64,000 nt of DNA from the NCBI RefSeq assembly GCF_009914755.1, contig NC_060925.1, one strand, 5' to 3'. A program made the translations under genes and the position numbers. Source of the stretch: the human T2T-CHM13v2.0 reference genome, Homo sapiens. This document shows, in pieces, positions 1 to 14,600 of this stretch (within the stretch, counting starts at the first letter, position 1; every line of letters starts with the position of its first letter). The notes beneath the pieces were generated by a model. That model made no database searches and had not been told where the DNA came from. It worked only from the letters and a program-made list of their open reading frames with translations.

Positions 1-921
1 TGAACAGAATTGAATGGAATCGTCATCGAATGAATTGAATGCAATCATCGAATGGTCTCGAATGGAATCATCTTCTAATGGAAAGGAATGGAATCATCGC
101 ATAGAATCGAATGGAATTATCATCGAATGGAATCGAATGGTATCAACACCAAACGGAAAAAAACGGAATTATCGAATGGAATCGAAGAGAATCTTCGAAC
201 GGACCCGAATGGAATCATCTAATGGAATGGAATGGAATAATCCATGGACTCGAATGCAATAATCATCGAATGGAATCGAATGGAATCATCGAATGGACTC
301 GAATGGAATAATCATTGAACAGAATCGAATGGAATCATCATCGGATGGAAACGAATGGAATCATCATCGAATGGAAATGAAAGGAGTCATCATCTAATGG
401 AATTGCATGGAATCATCATAAAATGGAATCGAATGGAATCAACATCAAATGGAATCAAATGGAATCATTGAACGGAATTGAATGGAGTCGTCATCGAATG
501 AATTGAATGCAATCATCGAAAGGTCTCGAATGGAATCATCTTCAAATGGAATGGAATGGAATCATCGCATAGAGTCGAATGGAATTATCATCGAATGGAA
601 TCGAATGGAATCAACCTCAAACGGAAAAAAACTGAATTATCGAATGGAATCGAAGAGAATCATCGAATGGACCCGAATGGAATCATCTAATGGAATGGAA
701 TGGAATAATCCATGGACTCGAATGCAATCATCATCGAATGGAATCGAATGGAATCATCGAGTGGACTCGAATGGAATAATCATTGAACGGAATCGAATGG
801 AATCATCATCGGATGGAAATGAATGGAATCATCATCGAATGGAATCGAATAGAATTATGGAATGAAATCCAGTGTGATCATCATCGAATGGACCCGAATG
901 GAATCATCATCCAACGGAAGC

Positions 922-932
922 TAATGGAATCA
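922..932 (+). promoter_or_regulatory. DUX4-consensus-matching site TAATGGAATCA (example; repeated at this position in each unit)
   Basis: Matches the degenerate DUX4 consensus TAAYBBAATCA. DUX4 is known to bind and activate HSATII. Occupancy cannot be shown from sequence. Confidence 0.45.
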
Positions 933-1680
933 ACATCGAATGAATCGAATGGAAACACCATCGAATTGAAACGAATGGAATTATCATGAAATTGAAATGG
1001 ATGGACTCATCATCGAATGGATTCGAATGGAATCATCGAATAAAATTGATTGAAATCATCATCCAATGGAATCGAATGGTATCATTGAATGGAATCGAAT
1101 GGAATCATCATCAGATGGAAATGAATGGAATCGTCATAGAATGGAATCGAATGGATTCATTGAATGGAATCAGATGGAATCATCGAATGGACTGGAATGG
1201 AATCATTGAATGGACTCGAAAGGGATCATGATTGAATGGAATTGAATGGAATCATCGAATGGTCTCGATTGGAATCATTATCAAATGGAATCGAATGGAA
1301 TCACCGAATAGAATCGAATGGAACAATCATCGAATGGACTCAAATGGAATTATCCTCAAATGGAATCGAATGGAATTATCGAATGCAATGGAATGGAATT
1401 ATCGAATGCAATCGAATAGTATCATCGAATGGACTCGAATGGAATCATCGAATGGAATGGAATGGAACAGTCAATGAACTCGAATGGAATCATCATTGAA
1501 TGGAATCGAATGGAATCATCAAGTGGAATCGAATGGAATTATGATCAAATGGAATCGAATGTAATCATCATCAAATGGAATCAAAAATAACCATCATCAA
1601 TTGGTATTGAATGGAATTGTCATCAAATGGAATTCAAAGGAATCATCATCAAATGGAACCGAATGGAATCCTCATTGAAT

Positions 1681-2616
1681 GGAAATGAAAGGGGTCATCA
1701 TCTAATGGAATCGCATGGAATCATCATCAAATGGAATCGAATGGAATCATCATCAAATGGAATCTAATGGAATCATTGAACAGAATTGAATGGAATCGTC
1801 ATCGAATGAATTGAATGCAATCATCGAATGGTCTCGAATGGAATCATCTTCTAATGGAAAGGAATGGAATCATCGCATAGAATCGAATGGAATTATCATC
1901 GAATGGAATCGAATGGTATCAACACCAAACGGAAAAAAACGGAATTATCGAATGGAATCGAAGAGAATCTTCGAACGGACCCGAATGGAATCATCTAATG
2001 GAATGGAATGGAATAATCCATGGACTCGAATGCAATCATCATCGAATGGAATCGAATTGAATCATCGAATGGACTTGAATGGAATAATCATTGAACGGAA
2101 TCGAATGGAATCATCATCGGATGGAAACGAATGGAATCATCATCGAATGGAAATGAAAGGAGTCATCATCTAATGGAATTGCATGGAATCATCATAAAAT
2201 GGAATCGAATGGAATCAACATCAAATGGAATCAAATGGAATCATTGAACGGAATTGAATGGAATCGTCATCGAATGAATTGACTGCAATCATCGAATGTT
2301 CTCGAATAGAATCATCTTCAAATGGAATGGAATGGAATCATCGCATAGAATCGAATGGAATTATCATCGAATGGAATCGAATGGAATCAACATCAAACGG
2401 AAAAAAACGGAATTATCGTATGGAATCGAAGAGAATCATCGAATGGACCCGAATGGAATCATCTAATAGAATTGAATGGAATAATCCATGGACTCGAATG
2501 CAATCATCATCGAATGGAATCGAATGGAATCATCGAATGGACTCGAATGGAATAATCATTGAACAGAATCGAATGGAATCATCATCGGATGGAAATGAAT
2601 GGAATCATCATCGAAT
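1681..2616 (+). repeat. Internal 468-bp tandem duplication (sub-repeats A and B), present in every full-length unit; example shown
   Basis: ggaaatgaaaggggtcatcatctaatgg at 1681 vs ggaaatgaaaggagtcatcatctaatgg at 2149. ORF starts 1790 and 2258 differ by 468. Diagnostic A/B differences: gaatgc/gactgc, ttctaatggaaagg/ttcaaatggaatgg, ggtatcaacacc/ggaatcaacatc, cttcgaacgg/catcgaatgg. Confidence 0.93.
1765..1775 (+). promoter_or_regulatory. Second DUX4-consensus-matching site TAATGGAATCA per unit (example)
   Basis: aatcTAATGGAATCAttgaacag at the unit junction; present in nearly all units and lost at ~61118 (tctgatgg). Confidence 0.45.
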
Positions 2617-5600
2617 GGAATCGAATAGAATTATGGAATGAAATCCAGTGTGATCATCATCGAATGGACCCGAGTGGAATCATCATCCAACGGAAGCTAA
2701 TGGAATCAACATCGAATGAATCGAATGGAAACACCATCGAATTGAAACGAATGGAATTATCATGAAACTGAAATGGATGGACTCATCATCGAATGGATTC
2801 GAATGGAATCATCGAATAAAATTGATTGAAATCATCATCCAATGGAATCGAATGGTATCATTGAATGGAATCGAATGGAATCATCATCAGATGGAAATGA
2901 ATGGAATCGTCATAGAATGGAATCGAATGGATTCATTGAATGGAATCAGATGGAATCATCGAATGGACTGGAATGGAATCATTGAATGGACTCGAAAGGG
3001 ATCATGATTGAATGGAATTGAATGGAATCATCGAATGGTCTCGATTGGAATCATTACCAAATGGAATCGAATGGAATCACCGAATAGAATCGAATGGAAC
3101 AATCATCGAATGGACTCAAATGGAATTATCCTCAAATGGAATCGAATGGAATTATCGAATGCAATCGAATGGAATTATCGAATGCAATCGAATAGAATCA
3201 TCGAAAGGATTCGAATGGAATCATCGAATGGAATGGAATGGAACAGTCAATGAACTCGAATGGAATCATCATTGAATGGAATCGAATGGAATCATCGAGT
3301 GGAATCGAATGGAATTATGATCAAATGGAATCGAATGTAATCATCATCAAATGGAATCAAAAATAACCATCATCAATTGGTATTGAATGGAATTGTCATC
3401 AAATGGAATTCAAAGGAATCATCATCAAATGGAACCGAATGGAATCCTCATTGAATGGAAATGAAAGGGGTCATCATCTAATGGAATCGCATGGAATCAT
3501 CATCAAATGGAATCGAATGGAATCATCATCAAATGGAATCTAATGGAATCATTGAACAGAATTGAATGGAATCGTCATCGAATGAATTGAATGCAATCAT
3601 CGAATGGTCTCGAATGGAATCATCTTCTAATGGAAAGGAATGGAATCATCGCATAGAATCGAATGGAATTATCATCGAATGGAATCGAATGGTATCAACA
3701 CCAAACGGAAAAAAATGGAATTATCGAATGGAATCGAAGAGAATCTTCGAACGGACCCGAATGGAATCATCTAATGGAATGGAATGGAATAATCCATGGA
3801 CTCGAATGCAATCATCATCGAATGGAATCGAATGGAGTCATCGAATGGACTCGAATGCAATAATCATTGAACGGAATCGAATGGAATCATCATCGGATGG
3901 AAACGAATGGAATCATCATCGAATGGAAATGAAAGGAGTCATCATCTAATGGAATTGCATGGAATCATCATAAAATGGAATCGAATGGAATCAACATCAA
4001 ATGGAATCAAACGGAATCATTGAACGGAATTGAATGGAATCGTCATCGAATGAATTGACTGCAATCATCGAATGGTCTCGAATGGAATCATCTTCAAATG
4101 GAATGGAATGGAATCATCGCATAGAATCGAATGGAATTATCATCGAATGGAATCGAATGGAATCAACATCAAACGGAAAAAAACAGAATTATCGTATGGA
4201 ATCTAAGAGAATCATCGAATGGACCCGAATGGAATCATCTAATGGAATGGAATGGAATAATCCATGGACTCGAATGCAATCATCATCGAATGGAATCGAA
4301 TGGAATCATCGAATGGACTCGAATGGAATAATCATTGAACGGAATCGAATGGAATCATCATCGGATGGAAATGAATGGAATCATCATCGAATGGAATCGA
4401 ATAGAATTATGGAATGAAATCCAGTGTGATCATCATCGAATGGACCCGAATGGAATCATCATCCAACGGAAGCTAATGGAATCAACATCGAATGAATCGA
4501 ATGGAAACACCATCGAATTGAAACGAATGGAATTATCATGAAATTGAAATGGATGGACACATCATCGAATGGATTCGAATGGAGTCATCGAATAAAATTG
4601 ATTGAAATCATCATCAAATGGAATCGAATGGTATCATTGAATGGAATCGAATGGAATCATCATCAGATGGAAATGAATGGAATCGTCATAGAATGGAATC
4701 GAATGGATTCATTGAATGGAATCAGATGGAATCATCGAATGGACTGGAATGGAATCATTGAATGGACTCGAAAGGGATCATTATTGAATGGAATTGAATG
4801 GAATCATCGAATGGTCTCGATTGGAATCATTATCAAATGGAATCGAATGGAATCACCGAATAGAATCGAATGGAACAATCATCGAATGGACTCAAATGGA
4901 ATTATCCTCAAATGGAATCGAATGGAATTATCGAATGCAATCGAATGGAATTATCGAATGCAATCGAATAGAATCATCGAATGGACTCGAATGGAATCAT
5001 CGAATGGAATGGAATGGAACAGTCAATGAACTCGAATGGAATCATCATTGAATGGAATCGAATGGAATCATCGAGTGGAATCGAATGGAATTATGATCAA
5101 ATGGAATCGAATGTAATCATCATCAAATGGATTCAAAAATAACCATCATCAATTGGTATTGAATGGAATTGTCATCAAATGGAATTCAAAGGAATCATCA
5201 TCAAATGGAACCGAATGGAATCCTCATTGAATGGAAATGAAAGGGGTCATCATCTAATGGAATCACATGCAATCATCATCAAATGGAATCGAATGGAATC
5301 ATCATCAAATGGAATCTAATGGAATCATTGAACAGAATTGAATGGAATCGTCATCGAATGAATTGAATGCAATCATCGAATGGTCTCGAATGGAATCATC
5401 TTCTAATGGAAAGGAATGGAATCATCGCATAGAATCGAATGGAATTATCATCGAATGGAATCGAATGGTATCAACACCAAACGGAAAAAAACGGAATTAT
5501 CGAATGGAATCGAAGAGAATCTTCGAACGGACCCGAATGGAATCATCTAATGGAATGGAATGGAATAATCCATGGACTCGAATGCAATCATCATCGAATG

Positions 5601-8600
5601 GAATCGAATGGAATCATCGAATGGACTCGAATGGAATAATCATTGAACGGAATCGAAAGGAATCATCATCGGATGGAAATGAATGGAATCATCATCGAAT
5701 GGAAATGAAAGGAGTCATCATCTAATGGAATTGCATGGAATCATCATAAAATGGAATCGAATGGAATCAACATCAAATGGAATCAAATGGAATCATTGAA
5801 CGGAATTGAATGGAATCGTCATCGAATGAATTGACTGCAATCATCGAATGGTCTCGAATGGAATCATCTTCAAATGGAATGGAATGGAATCATCGCATAG
5901 AATCGAATGGAATTATCATCGAATGGAATCGAATGGAATCAACATCAAACGGAAAAAAACGGAATTATCGAATGGAATCGAAGAGAATCATCGAATGGAC
6001 CCGAATGGAATCATCTAATGGAATGGAATGGAATAATCCATGGACTCGAATGCAATCATCATCGAATGGAATCGAATGGAATCATCGAATGGACTCGAAT
6101 GGAATAATCATTGAACGGAATCGAATGGAATCATCATCGGATGGAAATGAATGGAATCATCATCGAATGGAATCGAATAGAATTATGGAATGAAATCCAG
6201 TGTGATCATCATCGAATGGACCCGAATGGAATCATCATCCAACGGAAGCTAATGGAATCAACATCGAATGAATCGAATGGAAACACCATCGAATTGAAAC
6301 GAATGGAATTATCATGAAATTGAAATGGATGGACTCATCATCGAATGGATTCGAATGGAATCATCGAATAAAATTGATTGAAATCATCATCCAATGGAAT
6401 CGAATGGTATCATTGAATGGAATCGAATGGAATCATCATCAGATGGAAATGAATGGAATCGTCATAGAATGGAATCGAATGGATTCATTGAATGGAATCA
6501 GATGGAATCATCGAATGGAGTGGAATGGAATCATTGAATGGACTCGAAAGGGATCATTATTGAATGGAATTGAATGGAATCATCGAATGGTCTCGATTGG
6601 AATCATTATCAAATGGAATCGAATGGAATCACCGAATAGAATCGAATGGAACAATCATCGAATGGACTCAAATGGAATTAACCTCCAATGGAATCGAATG
6701 GAATTATCGAATGCAATCGAATGGAATTATCGAATGCAATCGAATAGAATCATCGAATGGACTCGAATGGAATCATCGAATGGAATGGAATGGAACAGTC
6801 AATGAACTCGAATGGAATCATCATTGAATGGAATCGAATGGAATCATCGAGTGGAATCGAATGGAATTATGATCAAATGGAATCGAATGTAATCATCATC
6901 AAATGGAATCAAAAATAACCATCATCAATTGGTATTGAATGGAATTGTCATCAAATGGAATTCAAAGGAATCATCATCAAATGGAACCGAATGGAATCCT
7001 CATTGAATGGAAATGAAAGGGGTCATCATCTAATGGAATCGCATGGAATCATCATCAAATGGAATCGAATGGAATCATCATCAAATGGAATCTAATGGAA
7101 TCATTGAACAGAATTGAATGGAATCGTCATCGAATGAATTGAATGCAATCATCGAATGGTCTCGAATGGAATCATCTTCTAATGGAAAGGAATGGAATCA
7201 TCGCATAGAATCGAATGGAATTATCATCGAATGGAATCGAATGGTATCAACACCAAACGGAAAAAAACGGAATTATCGAATGGAATCGAAGAGAATCTTC
7301 GAACGGACACGAATGGAATCATCTAATGGAATGGAATGGAATAATCCATGGACTCGAATGCAATCATCATCGAATGGAATGGAATGGAATCATCGAATGG
7401 ACTCGAATGGAATAATCATTGAACGGAATCGAATGGAATCATCATCGGATGGAAACGAATGGAATCATCATCGAATGGAAATGAAAGGAGTCATCATCTA
7501 ATGGAATTGCATGGAATCATCATCAAATGGAATCGAATGGAATCAACATCAAATGGAATCAAATGGAATCATTGAACGGAATTGAATGGAATCGTCATCG
7601 AATGAATTGACTGCAATCATCGAATGGTCTCGAATGGAATCATCTTCAAATGGAATGGAATGGAATCATCGCATAGAATCGAATGGAATTATCATCGAAT
7701 GGAATCGAATGGAATCAACATCAAACGGAAAAAAACGGAATTATCGAATGGAATCGAAGAGAATCATCGAATGGACCCGAATGGAATCATCTAATGGAAT
7801 GGAATGGAATAATCCATGGACTCGAATGCAATCATCATCGAATGGAATCGAATGGAATCATCGAATGGACTCGAATGGAATAATCATTGAACGGAATCGA
7901 ATGGAATCATCATCGGATGGAAATGAATGGAATCATCATCGAATGGAATCGAATAGAATTATGGAATGAAATCCAGTGTGATCATCATCGAATGGACCCG
8001 AATGGAATCATCATCCAACGGAAGCTAATGGAATCAACATCGAATGAATCGAATGGAAACACCATCGAATTGAAACGAATGGAATTATCATGAAATTGAA
8101 ATGGATGGACTCATCATCGAATGGATTCGAATGGAATCATCGAATAAAATTGATTGAAATCATCATCCAATGGAATCGAATGGTGTCATTGAATGGAATC
8201 CAATGGAATCATCATCAGATGGAAATGAATGGAATCGTCATAGAATGGAATCGAATGGATTCATTGAAAGGAATCAGATGGAATCATCGAATGGACTGGA
8301 ATGGAATCATTGAATGGACTCGAAAGGGATCATGATTGAATGGAATTGAATGGAATCATCGAATGGTCTCGATTGGAATCATTATCAAATGGAATCGAAT
8401 GGAATCACCGAATAGAATCGAATGGAACAATCATCGAATGGACTCAAATGGAATTATCCTCAAATGGAATCGAATGGAATTATCGAATGCAATCGAATGG
8501 AATTATCGAATGCAATCGAATAGAATCATCAAAAGGACTCGAATGGAATCATCGAATGGAATGGAATGGAACAGTCAATGAACTCGAATGGAATCATCAT

Positions 8601-11600
8601 TGAATGGAATCGAATGGAATCATCGAGTGGAATCGAATGGAATTATGATCAAATGGAATCGAATGTAATCATCATCAAATGGAATCAAAAATAACCATCA
8701 TCAATTGGTATTGAATGGAATTGTCATCAAATGGAATTCAAAGGAATCATCATCAAATGGAACCGAATGGAATCCTCATTGAATGGAAATGAAAGAGGTC
8801 ATCATCTAATGGAATCGCATGGAATCATCATCAAATGGAATCGAATGGAATCATCATCAAATGGAATCTAATGGAATCATTGAACAGAATTGAATGGAAT
8901 CGTCATCGAATGAATTGAATGCAATCATCGAATGGTCTCGAATGGAATCATCTTCTAATGGAAAGGAATGGAATCATCGCATAGAATCGAATGGAATTAT
9001 CATCGAATGGAATCGAATGGTATCAACACCAAACGGAAAAAAACGGAATTATCGAATGGAATCGAAGAGAATCTTCGAACGGACCCGAATGGAATCATCT
9101 AATGGAATGGAATGGAATAATCCATGGACTCGAATGCAATCATCATCGAATGGAATCGAATGGAATCTTCGAATGGACTCGAATGGAATAATCATTGAAC
9201 GGAATCGAATGGAATCATCATCGGATGGAAACGAATGGAATCATCATCGAATGGAAATGAAAGGAGTCATCATCTAATGGAATTGCATGGAATCATCATA
9301 AAATGGAATCGAATGGAATCAACATCAAATGGAATCAAATGGAATCATTGAACAGAATTGAATGGAATCGTCATCGAATGAATTGACTGCAATCATCCAA
9401 TGGTCTCGAATGGAATCATCTTCAAATGGAATGGAATGGAATCATCGCATAGAATCGAATGGAATTATCATCGAATGGAATCGAATGGAATCAACATCAA
9501 ACGGAAAAAAACGGAATTATCGAATGGAATCGAAGAGAATCATCGAATGGACCCGAATGGAATCATCTAATGGAATGGAATGGAATAATCCATGGACTCG
9601 AATGCAATCATCATCGAATGGAATCGAATGGAATCATCGAATGGACTCGAATGGAATAATCATTGAACGGAATCGAAAGGAATCATCATCGGATGGAAAT
9701 GAATGGAATCATCATCGAATGGAATCGAATAGAATTATGGAATGAAATCCAGTGTGATCATCATCGAATGGACCCGAATGGAATCATCATCCAACGGAAG
9801 CTAATGGAATCAACATCGAATGAATCGAATGGAAACACCATCGAATTGAAACGAATGGAATTATCATGAAATTGAAATGGATGGACTCATCATCGAATGG
9901 ATTCGAATGGAATCATCGAATAAAATTGATTGAAATCATCATCCAATGGAATCGAATGGTATCATTGAATGGAATCGAATGGAATCATCATCAGATGGAA
10001 ATGAATGGAATCGTCATAGAATGGAATCGAATGGATTCATTGAATGGAATCAGATGGAATCATCGAATGGACTGGAATGGAATCATTGAATGGACTCGAA
10101 AGGGATCATGATTGAATGGAATTGAATGGAATCATCGAATGGTCTCGATTGGAATCATTATCAAATGGAATCGAATGGAATCACCGAATAGAATCGAATG
10201 GAACAATCATCGAATGGACTCAAATGGAATTAACCTCCAATGGAATCGAATGGAATTATCGAATGCAATCGAATGGAATTATCGAATGCAATCGAATAGA
10301 ATCATCGAATGGACTCGAATGGAATCATCGAATGGAATGGAATGGAACAGTCAATGAACTCGAATGGAATCATCATTGAATGGAATCGAATGGAATCATC
10401 GAGTGGAATCGAATGGAATTATGATCAAATGGAATCGAATGTAATCATCATCAAATGGAATCAAAAATAACCATCATCAATTGGTATTGAATGGAATTGT
10501 CATCAAATGGAATTCAAAGGAATCATCATCAAATGGAACCGAATGGAATCCTCATTGAATGGAAATGAAAGGGGTCATCATCTAATGGAATCGCATGGAA
10601 TCATCATCAAATGGAATCTAATGGAATCATCATCAAATGGAATCTAATGGAATCATTGAACAGAATTGAATGGAATCGTCATCGAATGAATTGAATGCAA
10701 TCATCGAATGGTCTCGAATGGAATCATCTTCTAATGGAAAGGAATGGAATCATCGCATAGAATCGAATGGAATTATCATCGAATGGAATCGAATGGTATC
10801 AACACCAAACGGAAAAAAACGGAATTATCGAATGGAATCGAAGAGAATCTTCGAACGGACACGAATGGAATCATCTAATGGAATGGAATGGAATAATCCA
10901 TGGACTCGAATGCAATCATCATCGAATGGAATGGAATGGAATCATCGAATGGACTCGAATGGAATAATCATTGAACGGAATCGAATGGAATCATCATCGG
11001 ATGAAAACGAATGGAATCATCATCGAATGGAAATGAAAGGAGTCATCATCTAATGGAATTGCATGGAATCATCATCAAATGGAATCGAATGGAATCAACA
11101 TCAAATGGAATCAAATGGAATCATTGAACGGAATTGAATGGAATCGTCATCGAATGAATTGACTGCAATCATCGAATGGTCTCGAATGGAATCATCTTCA
11201 AATGGAATGGAATGGAATCATCGCATAGAATCGAATGGAATTATCATCGAATGGAATCGAATGGAATCAACATCAAACGGAAAAAAACGGAATTATCGAA
11301 TGGAATCGAAGAGAATCATCGAATGGACCCGAATGGAATCATCTAATGGAATGGAATGGAATAATCCATGGACTCGAATGCAATCATCATCGAATGGAAT
11401 CGAATGGAATCATCGAATGGACTCGAATGGAATAATCATTGAACGGAATCGAATGGAATCATCATCGGATGGAAATGAATGGAATCATCATCGAATGGAA
11501 TCGAATAGAATTATGGAATGAAATCCAGTGTGATCATCATCGAATGGACCCGAATGGAATCATCATCCAACGGAAGCTAATGGAATCAACATCGAATGAA

Positions 11601-14600
11601 TCGAATGGAAACACCATCGAATTGAAACGAATGGAATTATCATGAAATTGAAATGGATGGACTCATCATCGAATGGATTCGAATGGAATCATCGAATAAA
11701 ATTGATTGAAATCATCATCCAATGGAATCGAATGGTGTCATTGAATGGAATCCAATGGAATCATCATCAGATGGAAATGAATGGAATCGTCATAGAATGG
11801 AATCGAATGGATTCATTGAAAGGAATCAAATGGAATCATCGAATGGACTGGAATGGAATCATTGAATGGACTCGAAAGGGATCATGATTGAATGGAATTG
11901 AATGGAATCATCGAATGGTCTCGATTGGAATCATTATCAAATGGAATCGAATGGAATCACCGAATAGAATCGAATGGAACAATCATCGAATGGACTCAAA
12001 TGGAATTATCCTCAAATGGAATCGAATGGAATTATCGAATGCAATCGAATGGAATTATCGAATGCAATCGAATAGAATCATCAAAAGGACTCGAATGGAA
12101 TCATCGAATGGAATGGAATGGAACAGTCAATGAACTCGAATGGAATCATCATTGAATGGAATCGAATGGAATCATCGAGTGGAATCGAATGGAATTATGA
12201 TCAAATGGAATCGAATGTAATCATCATCAAATGGAATCAAAAATAACCATCATCAATTGGTATTGAATGGAATTGTCATCAAATGGAATTCAAAGGAATC
12301 ATCATCAAATGGAACCGAATGGAATCCTCATTGAATGGAAATGAAAGAGGTCATCATCTAATGGAATCGCATGGAATCATCATCAAATGGAATCGAATGG
12401 AATCATCATCAAATGGAATCTAATGGAATCATTGAACAGAATTGAATGGAATCGTCATCGAATGAATTGAATGCAATCATCGAATGGTCTCGAATGGAAT
12501 CATCTTCTAATGGAAAGGAATGGAATCATCGCATAGAATCGAATGGAATTATCATCGAATGGAATCGAATGGTATCAACACCAAACGGAAAAAAACGGAA
12601 TTATCGAATGGAATCGAAGAGAATCTTCGAACGGACCCGAATGGAATCATCTAATGGAATGGAATGGAATAATCCATGGACTCGAATGCAATCATCATCG
12701 AATGGAATGGAATGGAATCTTCGAATGGACTCGAATGGAATAATCATTGAACGGAATCGAATGGAATCATCATCGGATGGAAACGAATGGAATCATCATC
12801 GAATGGAAATGAAAGGAGTCATCATCTAATGGAATTGCATGGAATCATAATAAAATGGAATCGAATGGAATCAACATCAAATGGAATCAAATGGAATCAT
12901 TGAACGGAATTGAATGGAATCGTCATCGAATGAATTGACTGCAATCATCCAATGGTCTCGAATGGAATCATCTTCAAATGGAATGGAATGGAATCATCGC
13001 ATAGAATCGAATGGAATTATCATCGAATGGAATCGAATGGAATCAACATCAAACGGAAAAAAACGGAATTATCGAATGGAATCGAAGAGAATCATCGAAT
13101 GGACCCGAATGGAATCATCTAATGGAATGGAATGGAATAATCCATGGACTCGAATGCAATCATCATCGAATGGAATCGAATGGAATCATCGAATGGACTC
13201 GAATGGAATAATCATTGAACGGAATCGAAAGGAATCATCATCGGATGGAAATGAATGGAATCATCATCGAATGGAATCGAATAGAATTATGGAATGAAAT
13301 CCAGTGTGATCATCATCGAATGGACCCGAATGGAATCATCATCCAACGGAAGCTAATGGAATCAACATCGAATGAATCGAATGGAAACACCATCGAATTG
13401 AAACGAATGGAATTATCATGAAATTGAAATGGATGGACTCATCATCGAATGGATTCGAATGGAATCATCGAATAAAATTGATTGAAATCATCATCCAATG
13501 GAATCGAATGGTATCATTGAATGGAATCGAATGGAATCATCATCAGATGGAAATGAATGGAATCGTCATAGAATGGAATCGAATGGATTCATTGAATGGA
13601 ATCAGATGGAATCATCGAATGGACTGGAATGGAATCATTGAATGGACTCGAAAGGGATCATGATTGAATGGAATTGAATGGAATCATCGAATGGTCTCGA
13701 TTGGAATCATTATCAAATGGAATCGAATGGAATCACCGAATAGAATCGAATGGAACAATCATCGAATGGACTCAAATGGAATTATCCTCCAATGGAATCG
13801 AATGGAATTATCGAATGCAATCGAATGGAATTATCGAATGCAATCGAATAGAATCATCGAAAGGACTCGAATGGAATCATCGAATGGAATGGAATGGAAC
13901 AGTCAATGAACTCGAATGGAATCATCATTGAATGGAATCGAATGGAATCATCGAGTGGAATCGAATGGAATTATGATCAAATGGAATCGAATGTAATCAT
14001 CATCAAATGGAATCAAAAATAACCATCATCAATTGGTATTGAATGGAATTGTCATCAAATGGAATTCAAAGGAATCATCATCAAATGGAACCGAATGGAA
14101 TCCTCATTGAATGGAAATGAAAGGGGTCATCATCTAATGGAATCGCATGGAATCATCATCAAATGGAATCGAATGGAATCATCATCAAATGGAATCTAAT
14201 GGAATCATTGAACAGAATTGAATGGAATCGTCATCGAATGAATTGAATGCAATCATCGAATGGTCTCGAATGGAATCATCTTCTAATGGAAAGGAATGGA
14301 ATCATCGCATAGAATCGAATGGAATTATCATCGAATGGAATCGAATGGTATCAACACCAAACGGAAAAAAACGGAATTATCGAATGGAATCGAAGAGAAT
14401 CTTCGAACGGACCCGAATGGAATCATCTAATGGAATGGAATGGAATAATCCATGGACTCGAATGCAATCATCATCGAATGGAATGGAATGGAATCATCGA
14501 ATGGACTCGAATGGAATAATCATTGAACGGAATCGAATGGAATCATCATCGGATGGAAACGAATGGAATCATCATCGAATGGAAATGAAAGGAGTCATCA

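Larger units (their letters stand above)
1..1776 (+). repeat. Representative 1776-bp HSat2 unit (likely the chr1q12 1.77-kb EcoRI repeat class)
   Basis: tgaacagaattgaatgg at 1 recurs at 1777. Single-copy landmarks per unit: atccagtgtgatc (~867), caacggaagctaat (~912), cgaaagggatc (~1217), caaaaataacc (~1582) and EcoRI GAATTC at 1630-1635. A 1.77-kb EcoRI periodicity is the known hallmark of 1q12 HSat2. Confidence 0.85.

Noticed and set aside
1039-1044. AATAAA once per unit as a polyadenylation signal
   Set aside because: It is expected by chance in an A-rich strand, with no clear downstream GU-rich element and no transcript evidence.
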